NCBI RefSeq assembly: GCF_964204645.1 | Contig: NC_134025.1 | Span: 27,880,299-27,944,298 of the forward strand | Origin: Tubulanus polymorphus | Taxonomy: Eukaryota; Animalia; Nemertea | DNA: 64,000 bases | Reading direction: 5' to 3' | In this document: positions 16,578 to 27,933 of the stretch, piece by piece | How the letters are laid out: each line of letters opens with the position of its first letter | Numbering within the stretch: the stretch's first letter is position 1 | Position numbers and translations under genes: made by a program | The notes under the pieces: model-generated | Databases searched by the model: none | What the model saw: only the letters and a program-made list of their open reading frames with translations | Told to the model about the DNA's origin: nothing

Positions 16578-17738
16578 GGTTGCAAATGATGAAGTATCCA
16601 AACGAATCTTGCTCATAGGGCTGAGTGTACAGATATACAAACACCCGTTACCTAGCTTTAGACAGTAAGTAGATAGTAGTAGTGTAGAAAGACTAGATAC
16701 ACACTAACTAACTGTAAAATAACAAGTGAGGAAGAAAGGTCAATCAAATATACGTGTGCTTAAATTCTTGACTATATTTTCAGGGTAAGGGTAGCTGACG
16801 TAGTTATAGTAGTAGTAGTCGACGAAAATTGATTGATTGGTTTTTACTCTCCTCATTTTGACATTAATGTAGGCAGATCAAGGAAGAGACTCAATCATAA
16901 AAAAGTGACAGTTAAAGAAGCTAGATTGTAATCTAATTATCGAACAAATACCTGAAGACTGGAAAATCATGAATTAAGTAAATATTTACGTTGAAATTAG
17001 TTTGTTGTTGGTCGTTAGTAACCACCACTCATTTCCGTTTGAGCTCCACAATTTGGCAAAGAACAAAATACGAAATTGGATTTAGAACTGGATTAACGAT
17101 TTGCCCTTAGATGGCGACACCTCCTGGCGAGTGATTATGATTTTGACAGTTCTAATAAATAAACAAATGTGAGCCATCAATTGCTAATTTTTCATTCGAT
17201 TCGTAAAACATTTGTGTTCTGAGTTGATGAGTCACAAACGAAGCTGGAAATCATATTGTTATGCTGAAGTTTATTAATTGTAAGTTAAATCTATGTGGTT
17301 AAATCCACAAATCTTAATCGGTGACAAATTATTGTATAGCGATTTGTCAATCAATCAATAATGTTGAATTTCAATATCTAATATTTGTATTATAGATCAT
17401 CTATTGAAAAATGTCTAATTATGTCAGGTAACTTGTTGTAACAATGTTTATAGGCTCCTTTGCGCTATGGAATTTTATTTTCATCATGCTTCGCAAATCT
17501 TATTTGATGTTATTTTTAGTTCCCTTCCTCTCTGTCATTGACATTGATCTGTTTAGCACCAATTACCTATTTTTCAGTGATTGTCATTATAATGTCCAAT
17601 CTGACACGATGAGTAGCGATCTACACTGTTTCTGTCTTTTTGTTGGAAAATCCTTTTTAATCTATTCTGTTGTAGTGGTTTTTTTTATACATGATAATGA
17701 GGTTTAGAATGAAATGTTGCTATCACTTCTACAGGCGA

Positions 17739-19071
17739 ATGTCATTTGCCTTTGAAAAGTCAGCCATGGCGAATAATCGACCGGATGGTGATGGAGAAAA
17801 CCGCCGTCATTCAGTAGCTGAAGGAGCTACAGAAGATATAGAACCAATTGAACTTGATTATTTAGCTCAGCAAGAAGAAGTGCGACTGCTACCTCTCAAA
17901 GAGGACCTTGCTGAATGGCTAAATAAAGTTTTAGGTTTGTTTCGAAAGTCATTGCATTCAGTTTTTTCAAATTGATATTCTGGTGTCGGTTATGAAGATA
18001 TTACTGTTTTTTTTCTGATATTTCAGGAGTGGAGATAAGCGCGGAAACATTTATGAATGTTTTAGATAATGGAGTTAATGTATGCCAGCTCGCGGAATTA
18101 GTTCACAATAAAGCTTTAGAATGGAAAGCATCAAATAAGACCTCCGAGGTATCTATCACAATTCAATGCAAAACCCTTTAAGATAAACTCTCTTACAAAA
18201 GCTATGCGATCAAATTGTTCAGTAATTCTTTTTCTAGATTCTTCCGAAAGTCAAAAAGCCTCGATATAAAAGCAATGCAAAGTCAGAGTCATGGTTTGCT
18301 CGGGATAATACAGCAAATTTTGTTCGATGGTGCCGGGAATATGGTATTAAAGAAGAATGCCTGTTTGAATCTGATGGATTAGGTATTTATGATCTTTTAG
18401 ATTCTAAGCATTTGGAATTCGGAAATCAAATAACGATGTCTTTGTTTCAGTAATGCATCGACAGACACGAACTGTTGTACTGTGTTTGTTAGAGTTAGCT
18501 AGACTTGCCGCGAAATTTGGAATTGAGCCTCCTAATTTGATCAAATTGGAAACCGAAATCGAACGCGAGGAAAAAGCAATTCAAGAAAACAGACCAATAA
18601 GTGCAAAACCACCTAGTTCTGCTGTGAAGAGGGCTAGACCTGCTAATCTAGATGTTGAGGTATATTTACGGGTACTCGAGATATTTTTTTCATGCGTTGA
18701 CCTTTTACACAATCTATCGATGATGAATTTCAGGTGAAACGACTAGCGAATACTTGTCGTTGTAAAACACGTTTCCCTGTTCATCGTCTATCTGAAGGAA
18801 GATATAATATCGGCGGAAAGATCGTTTTTATCAGAGTAAGTCTTCCTATAACCCTTAAAATTTTGCAAATAAATAGATATGTTACTTATCAGTTGCTGCG
18901 TAACGTTACTTTCAGATGTTGAAAGGGAAACATTTAATGGTACGCGTTGGTGGAGGTTGGGATACGTTCGATCATTACCTGCAGAGACATGATCCATGTA
19001 AGATAAAAGAATTTCAAACTGGGCCGGATCAGAAGTTCCTATACATCAACAGCAAATACAAAGTTTCGTAA
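17739..19071 (+). CDS. GAS2: GAS2-family protein (CH domain + GAR domain), 6 coding exons
   Basis: [17 protein letters not shown]...[11 protein letters not shown]...[15 protein letters not shown]...LFESDGLV...[12 protein letters not shown] (CH domain); [45 protein letters not shown] (GAR domain). Short C-terminal tail like GAS2 rather than GAS2L1/2. Confidence 0.9.
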
Positions 19072-20502
19072 GCTGATCAATGAATGACAATACATGTACA
19101 CACATAAATTACCACGCAAGGTGAATGTGTAAGATATAAAAACTTGATGGTACACAGAATAACGAAAGGATGGAAAATATTTTGTCTGTTCAGCCTAAAC
19201 TCTACTGCTATAAATGGGCATCGAATCTGCGAAATGTAATCATAGCATGCGAAGCTTACTTTATCTCATTCTTTGCTATAAATAACAGAAATTTGGTCCT
19301 TAAGTAAACATTCGTACTTAACACATTCACATCCCAATCCCTATTTGCATTCCACCAAACAGCATATCACTTACGAGTTAAATCTCTGTTTAAGACTAGA
19401 TAAAATTAATATCCGTAGAAAATTAGTTTCTACCTCAGGGATTGATCAGTTTTTATGTAGCGTAAAGTTTGTGTGTTTTAGAATGTGGGATGTCTCGCTA
19501 TTCAATACTTTGCTGAAGTAAATGTGCTTTCACTAGGAATTTTATTTCTCTAGGCTTATATGCCATAGTGGAGTAAAGAATATTTTAACGACAGAGGAGG
19601 GCTTTGAATATTGATAAATTCACATCAATTAAGTATAAACCATTTTCGAACCTCGCCCCATCAAGAAATAGAGCAGCTAGATATAATGTTATATATTTTA
19701 AATATCTTGTTTTGAAAATATTTATATGGATTTGCTCAAACCAATATTGTATTTGAACAACGGTCTAAATTTTTAGTAATACAACTTTTAAGATTATTAT
19801 ATTGTTTTAGTTCAGTACATATCAACGCATTCCCACCTATATTTGTTTTTGCTCATTTTAGACTTATGGATAATAGAGATCATGAGGTATTGTGTTATGT
19901 TTGAATTGATCTCGAATATTTGTGCCTGTGATTCTTTGTTAAATCTGCGTGTATAAAATACTTGCATAAAACAATAAATTTTAGCATTTCTAATTAACAG
20001 TCATTACTCTTGTGATATAAATAAACTATCATCATTTCTATATGTTTACATCAGAGGAAATGGAAGTATACTGATGTCATCAGACTTGGGGTAAACCAAG
20101 ATGTTTTTGTGTAAGAGCCTGTCTTATTACACCAATTTATGAGACCTACAGGTTTGACTGTTGTGAAATTATCACAGATCAGACAAACAAGATATATATT
20201 TGATATATAATAGTTTGTCTTTATTTTAAGCTAATCTATATACATATTAAAGTGAAATTTAGATAATTAACAAGATACAGATAGCACTATAAAACTGAAA
20301 CGGTCCTATAGTAGCTAGCCCAGTAAATTAATATTGCCTGTCATGCTACGGTTATTTTTAGATATATGATGTGACATAAATTGCTAGTGGCACAATTCGA
20401 TTAAAATTGTTTTAAGTAAGAAAGCCAATAATCAGAATTACCAATTATTCAATTATCAAATTCAGAAAAACCATTGAAACATATGAAGAACTTAATCATT
20501 TG

Positions 20503-23500
20503 CTAATGATTTAAATTCCCATCTTCATTTTCATAATCCGACCAGTAATAATCCTTCTCCTCATTAGAATCTTCATCCTCATCATCATCATCTTGTTCGG
20601 TTACAGTAAACAATGCTTTACTCGGTTCCGGTAAGTTAACCACATTGGCATACTGATTTCTACGCGCTGGTGTCTGAAATCAATCACCACATATCTACAA
20701 GTCAGTACATCGAATGAATAAGTACGTACTGACATCCTAATTCATTTTCAATTCGTACTTACTTTACTCTTATCAGATATTTTGTTATGTCGATTCGTCT
20801 TTCTTTCCTTGAGAACTTTGTGAACGTATTCTTCAGCCCACTCCCGGCTAACATTCAGTAAACCAGGACTGTGAAACGCTGGTGTTTTTCGTTCCGAGAC
20901 CGGGATGAATTTCAGAGCAGGAACAAATGGGGTTCTCTCAACCGTCGGCAATACAGGACTATCGTTATCATCTACTAAACCACTTGTCTAATCAACAAAA
21001 TAACAAAACATAAAAATACTTATAAACTCAACGCTAACTTTGGAACGCAAATCTATGTATGTTTCAAATATCACTATCCTACTATACAGTTACATACCTT
21101 ATATGTATTGAGAAGACTCTTCAGAGGCGTTGAATCAAAGAAATCATCTTGATAATCTTCATCTTCTTTCTCAAGAAATTCTCGTAATTGTCGTTTCCGC
21201 TTCAATGTACCGCGACCACCCAGTCGCTTTTTGGTGGTCGATTTATCACTGCCTAAATATTGACTTTATATTAATATGCCATTAATTCGTCTTTGTATTT
21301 CACATTCACAGGATTGGGATATTAAGATCTTACCCGTAGTAGTGACCCTTTTCACTGGTGGTTTTTTCTTCGCGTGACACATATTAGGGATGTCTTTAAA
21401 ATGGAATTGCACACATTCATCGGGAGATTTAGTGGCCACGTTCTCAGCCACGTCTTCCCAAAAACTTTGACCCGGAGCTACAGTAGTAATGGCCCTAAAA
21501 ATAACTCATAATAAGACTAATAGAATTGAAGATGGGAGATATTACAACACTGAACTGCCATCGCTTACTTGTGAAGTCGCTCGATTTCATCCTGCTTCCA
21601 TGTTACAACTGAACCACCAGGAGATTTCTTTAACAATAATTTAATATGTACAAAAAATAATCTGCTTAAAAATTCTGATAATTTTCTATTGTGAGACTAA
21701 TACCTACTAGTAATACTGGTTCTTTGGATTGATCTGTTTTTCTACCGTTTTTGCTCTTTTCATTGCCTTTACTCCGGTGACCATCTTGTCCATCTGCTAC
21801 ATTGCTATCATTGAAATTTCCCAATGGTTTCTTCCACTGCTTATTCGACAAATCTTTCTTGCTAGATTTTTCAGCCGCTATTCTAGACACGCGCTCTGAA
21901 TCTTTATCAATAGTTGTTGTTGACGAGGAAATACTAACGACAGATTCTAGATGTTTTAAACATCCCGGAAATGATTTATCTGATAACCGTATCTTTTTTC
22001 TAGCGGGCAACGTTGAGTCTTTATGCAGGTCAGTTGTTTTAGAATTCCCAATAAGATTACTGTCCTCTGATCTACTACTGTCGTCAATCAACTTTTCAGG
22101 ATTTTTTCCATTGCTCGAAATATTCTTTCTTTTTTTCGTTTTTCGCACGGGAGACTTCTTTGGTTCTGAAGGTGGTTCATCATCTGATTCGGACGTGTTA
22201 TTTGCAGACCTTTCCCCAGTTGAACTAATGGTATGATTTCTTTTTGAAGAACCAGAATTTCTATTTGATGTTTGTTTATTTGAAGATGGTCTTTGATGCA
22301 TTTTTTTCGACTTTCTTCTTCCTTCAGTTACCTGGAAATTAATTAATTCAAATATAGTATAGGGTCACTACAGATCAGGATGTAACTAGTTCTAAAGCAC
22401 TCAATTTAAAATTTTGAGGAAGCGTCTGCATCACTTTCAAATCTCAATAGAGATATGGTAGACTCCTAAATCATTACTGTTAATCTCGCTAAACCATTAA
22501 TTCAGTTGTTTTGTAAGCAAATTTTTTGCTATACACTACCTTGGGAGTTTAAAAGGAGTTTTGGGCATTTTCCTCAAATAAAAAGAGTTTCAAGTACCTT
22601 CCGTCTTAAAGGAGTTTTAAAGGAATCAAGGAGTCATAGGGACTCTATAGTAGCAGTGAAGTATAAAATGAATATACAATGCATGGTATCATGCAACGAA
22701 ATGAACAGAAAATTACAATATCTCACCTCGGGAGAATCGCACGGAGAGGAGGAACTGACGATCCCAGAATTATTCAGAATTTGTACCGATAAAGTGCGAG
22801 GGTGGATGAAAACACGTTCTCCTTCCCAATAGTTTAATATAGGTTTCACAGCCCGACCTGATTTTGTCTTGGGCAACAAACTATACTCAAATCCACCTAC
22901 AAAAGATATTCAAAACTACTATTTCAGAATTCTGTCAATGCTGACAATTGATTTAACAGTTAAATAGTCATACCAGATTCTTTTCTTTGGGCAAAGCTCT
23001 CATCTAGTGCTTTCTTTTGAGACTGAAGTGCTGACTTTTTTTTCTGCGGAACTGAAGAAACGTTGCTTTTCTTTTTTTCCCTAATATACAAAATACAAAC
23101 TTTATCACGCTACAAGCGCAAAATGAATATAAAATAATGAAAACAACGTGCGAACCATGCTTTGCTTACTTTTTACTTTCTTCAGATTCAAAGTGTTTTG
23201 CTAACAAATTCTTCCAATTACTTGGAAAACCATTTTTGAATGAATTGACCGTTTCCGAAGAAAAACCTACAAAGGATTGTAAGTTTTTGAACAATCAATA
23301 ATAGAAATCTAAGAATCAATTTCTATACTTATTTATGTTTAAGGAAACTAACCATTTTTGATTGATAGAGTTCTGGATATTTTTCCATGAAGTTTATACA
23401 AAGATCCATTGCTTGTTTTAACCGTATTACTATCAATACGTGTTACTATATTCGTACTCTTCCAGTAGCTGTTCACCTGGCTTCAAAATATAGAACATGA

Positions 23501-26500
23501 AATATCAGTTACGTGTATCTCCAAATACACGCACTATACAATAACAGGGTTCCTGCAGATGTTTTTATCCGAAATTCCCTGACATTTCCCTGATCCAAAC
23601 CTCGAATTCCCTGATCTGACAGTCAAAATCAGGCTTGAATTTTAAGAAGCTACAAGCCTTTTAGAATTCACATCAAAAAAGCTCACAGGGTGGCCATCTT
23701 GTGTCATATCGACTATATTGTCCTTATGACAATCATACTTGACTATGTATGAAACATGAAAATTTAATTAATCAAAGCATCTTCACTATATCCCTAGAAA
23801 ATTTAAAAAATGTGCAAATAATGCTGATTTCAGCTGCTAGTCGGACATCTTGACTAAGATTTAAGGTTCAAGACCAAGAATCTTCAATCTCAGAATTCCC
23901 TGATTTCCCTGCAGGGATTTGAAATCCTTAATTCTCTAAAATACGAAAAATGTATACGGGTACACTGTTTAATACCTATTTGTTTGCAGCAAAATACCTT
24001 CAACCATAATCGCTTTCATGTTAGGAATAGGACGAATATACCAATCTTTCAGCGTGCGCTCCTTCATCGTTTCTGTAAATAGATAAATTAATCATTGCTT
24101 TAGTATCACTTCATACAGATTCTTTCAATATTCGATAAAATTTGACTTCTTATTACCTTTCATCGCATTCTTCGAAGTCTCTCTCTTCTTCCGTTGAGTT
24201 TTTTTACGCTCCGACGACGAGTCCGGGATTCGGTATTCGATCTTTTTATCTCGACTACGAGTAGGCCTCGTTCTCATCGAATTCTCTAACGCGGTACTAT
24301 CATCGCAAACATGATCTTTCTGAGCGCCGTCGCTGGACGTATCGACCGACGTACTTTGAGAATCTTCTAAAATCTTTTTACTGCGACTTCGCGTTATTTT
24401 CGGTGAAACGAACAGATTTTCTGAACGCCGCGATTTTTTCGGTAACGGTAACGATGTCTCGATCGGGAATTTCTCTTCGCTTCTGTTTGTTTCGTTCGAA
24501 TCGACGATAGATTCCGGTTCACGCATCGATTCCGATTGCGTATTGTTCCGATTCGAAGGAGACTTACTCGTATACGGCGTGTTCGCGCCGTGCACCGGAT
24601 TCGGTCGACGGAAATAACTCGAATTACACATATCGCTATCGTACTGATTCAGCGTCGAATTCCTCATAGTCGATGAATGTATAGGATCGGGATAGATCGA
24701 CGCATCGTACTGAGATAGATAACTCTGATCTAGGGAAGTCGATCGCGATATCGAGCGATGCGACGTGTGGAATGTAGAAGAATGCGCCGGTCGAGGCTGG
24801 GGATGAATCGTGGAGTCGGGTCTAGGAAAATATAAACCGCAGCTCCGATTTAAAACCGGCCCCGTGCTCGGAGGAGACGCCCAACTTCGGTTATTTCGTC
24901 TACTCGTCGAAACCGAGCTGATAAATGATGATTCATGAATCGATTCATCGTCTACTGTATCAGTATCTGAAACAAACATGTCATAATTTACATTCTATTC
25001 CATCTTTTTACAATACCTCAGTCATAAGGTCCCGGGTCCTATTCTTTTCTGCCTCATCTGTTGTTTGATATCATTTTCTGAATTTAGCTTCACATACTTC
25101 TTAATTTGTAAGCCCAAGAGAATATTTTATATACTGATTTATGGCAATAAATCATTATTATCATTATTCATAAAAACTTTTTAATTCTGGAATGAAGTTT
25201 ACATAATGATGAACCCACAATTTTGATAGAAATATTCAGTAATATAGATACAACCTTTGAAGTCCACACAATGATGAGTCTTTTTAGATTCAAATCATTT
25301 GATTCAATAAACATTTGTGGAAATCTTTATGTCACTAGACCTCAAATCAAAGCTCTATGGTCATATTCATGATGAACTTGGCATGGAAAATGGTTATAGG
25401 TTTTGTTTAAATACAGGTTTTCAGTTTTCAGAACCAAAGGCAAATTTATCACTTCAAATATTTTGAAGTTATACCCTACCTTGGTGAACGTCGAGGAAAT
25501 CTGATAATAGGCACTTTCTTGGAGAAATCTCAGAATTGGAATAATTTTCATCATCGATCGAAATTCTCTTAGCTTTAACGCTTAGATCCAATGCAGAACA
25601 TTGATCAGTGTGAGTACTGTAATCCCACGATCTCACCTAAAAAGAAGAACATAATATTAGAGGCCTAGCTTACCCTTTCAGTGCTGACTAATTAATACCC
25701 GAGAGTATTGTATCGTAATTGCAACCAATAAGGCCAAATAAAAAAAATTAGTTGTTTATCGTCCCCGCCCGACCCTACGAAAAATACCCGACCCAATTTT
25801 TTTTTTTTTATTGTGTTCTATTTTGGTTCCAATCGAAAATATTTGCCATAGCTACCATTTCATGTCGATTGTAGGACAGTATAGCAGCAAACAAAACGAT
25901 TTATCGATCGACGAAGTGCCTTCGCTGAATAACAAATTGAAGTCAATATTCGGTTATGGAGCGTACACAGCGTGGATTTCCGGTTGTGGAGCATATTTCG
26001 ATCGATTTTAAAATCTAAGTTAATAAAGTTCTATGAATTGAATTGTATTTGTATCGCTTGTGGCGCCACACTTCCAGTCGATGGAAAACATGCTTTATTT
26101 TATCAATCGTATATCATTTACAACACTCGATCTAAAATAAAAAAATAAAAATGAATACCTCCCGGCCGACCCAAGCTTTTTGAAAAAAAGGACGATAAAC
26201 AACTAATTTTTTTATTTGGCCTAACGGAGGCCGGTGTGGCCTATGTTGCCTCGTTCTTTCACGAGTCTTTTGCTAATGCTAGGTAACCAATATTCGTTTC
26301 AGGGGGATTTCCCGGCTATCAATCTTGTGTTTTTAATTATACGTTCTAGTGATTATACTTCATTCATATTGTTTGGCGTTCCAGAATTTTGCCCAGGCGC
26401 GACTCAGACTAGGTCTATTTCAACCTGATTTGAGAGCATTCCGGGTGGCCTAGTAACTCCTGTGGTTAGTTTCACGATCGGATATTTTCACAAACCACAT

Positions 26501-26733
26501 ACGTCATAAGGAGGATAGGATGACCATAGAGGATAGATGGAGCAGCTTCATACATACACAATAATAAGATTTTGCGTATTTAAGCTGTTCCAGATATTTA
26601 CTAATTTGAAAACTTAAAAAATTCCTCCTTGCTGTTCAGTTTGTTATACCTTCGGGGTATGAGAATCTGTCCGAACAACCAAACATAGTGGATTTTCTGT
26701 ATCAGCACTGCTGTTACTGTAGTAGACGTCCAT
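20503..26733 (-). CDS. MIS18BP1: MIS18BP1/KNL2 centromere licensing factor (SANTA, CENPC-k motif, SANT)
   Basis: SANTA: LKDWYIRPIPNMKAIMVEG...YWKSTNIVTRIDSNTVKTSNGSLYKLHG...FKNGFPSNWK. CENPC-k: TKSGRAVKPILNYWEGER. SANT: WKQDEIERLH...FWEDVAENVATKSPDEC. Also GTLKRKRQLREFL and C-terminal KDYYWSD. Start inferred at MDVYYSNS (26733). Confidence 0.9.
23545..23920. mobile_element. Degenerate MITE-like insertion in MIS18BP1 intron
   Basis: Starts CAGGGTTCCTGCAG and has repeated TTCCCTGA sub-terminal motifs at both ends; it enlarges an otherwise short intron. Right TIR and TSD unclear. Confidence 0.4.
25732..26221. mobile_element. PIF/Harbinger-type MITE (490 bp) in MIS18BP1 intron
   Basis: ~33-bp TIRs GGCCAAATA(n)TTAGTTGTTTATCGTCC, differing only by one A in the run, flanked by 3-bp TSD TAA (25729-31 and 26222-24). 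Confidence 0.85.
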
Positions 26734-27730
26734 CTTTCTTCAACCTGAAATAAATACATCCATCCATCCAATTCCAAGACAATTATGGACAAAGGGCAAA
26801 GGCTGGTAACTTTGTTGAGGAGCGAGAGCTCGTTCGAACTCTTACTGAGAAATTTCAATAACTTACATCGCTAATTAAATAAAGTTTAGTCTGTCTAATA
26901 TTGGGATCGGTTGAATTTTTGTTGATTTGACGTTCGAAGCTACCGCGATCGCACTAATTACGGCATAATTTCATCAGTGTTGTCTGTATCGAATGGTTCA
27001 GAATCACCTTTAGTTCTCAACTTCAGTTCACTTATCAGGTTCGAGTCCAATCGTGTCCGCCCACCGGCAACTTTGATGCATAATTATTTGGTGTCTGGTG
27101 TCTGTAATTCGTTTTGTGTGGCTGCCCAGGGTGGGTTTTTGAATTATTTGATATTTTAGAATACAAAAACTATATGAAATTTTAAAACTGTCTTACTACA
27201 CTGTGGCCTTGGCAATTAACAGACTGTCCGCTGTAGCGCTGTAGCGTGAGGTGCTGCCACTAAGCTCAACGTTAACGGAATTTTCATACACTAACATAAG
27301 TCGACTCTGGCAATCTACTAGGGTTACGGCACAGTCCCATGTCCGAGAAACGCGAATCAATAAATGTGGAGCTGTTTACATGTGTGGGTGTCTCATGAAG
27401 ATTAATTTCAATTATTACTAATTAAAGAGTGTCTGATCGCGTGAAATTCTCACATTGTTGATAACAATTAATTTAAAGTTAGCCCTTTATCCAATCCAAG
27501 TGAGTGAAAATGATTCCCGATACAATAAGACTGACCGTATCATCATCGAACTCAAATTTAAATACAATTTATTGCACCGAGTGCACTCTAGTACCTAGCC
27601 GTCGTTCCACAAACAACAGCGAAGAGGGAACCGTAACAACGTCTGTTATTCAGACTATCTTATATTCGAATGTTTTTTTCCAGAACTACTGTTCAGTGTC
27701 AAGTATAAATTAAATCTTTCTGTTCAATAT

Positions 27731-27866
27731 CATAGGGGCTCGTATCAGAGTTGTAGGTAATGTAAAAACGATAATCTGTTAATCCAATGTATATAATATA
27801 CTATATACATTGGATTAACAGATTATCGTTTTTACATTACCTACAACTCTGATACGAGCCCCTATG
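27731..27866. mobile_element. 136-bp fully palindromic MITE with 8-bp TSD (P-element-like termini)
   Basis: Perfect 65-bp arms (27731-27795 / 27802-27866), 6-nt loop ATATAC, TSD TTCAATAT at 27723-30 and 27867-74, termini CATAG...CTATG. Confidence 0.9.
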
Positions 27867-27933
27867 TTCAATATAGTCGTAGAATCATATATAACTAAAT
27901 TCATTTTGTTATGTTTAGGTTGGAAGAACAATA

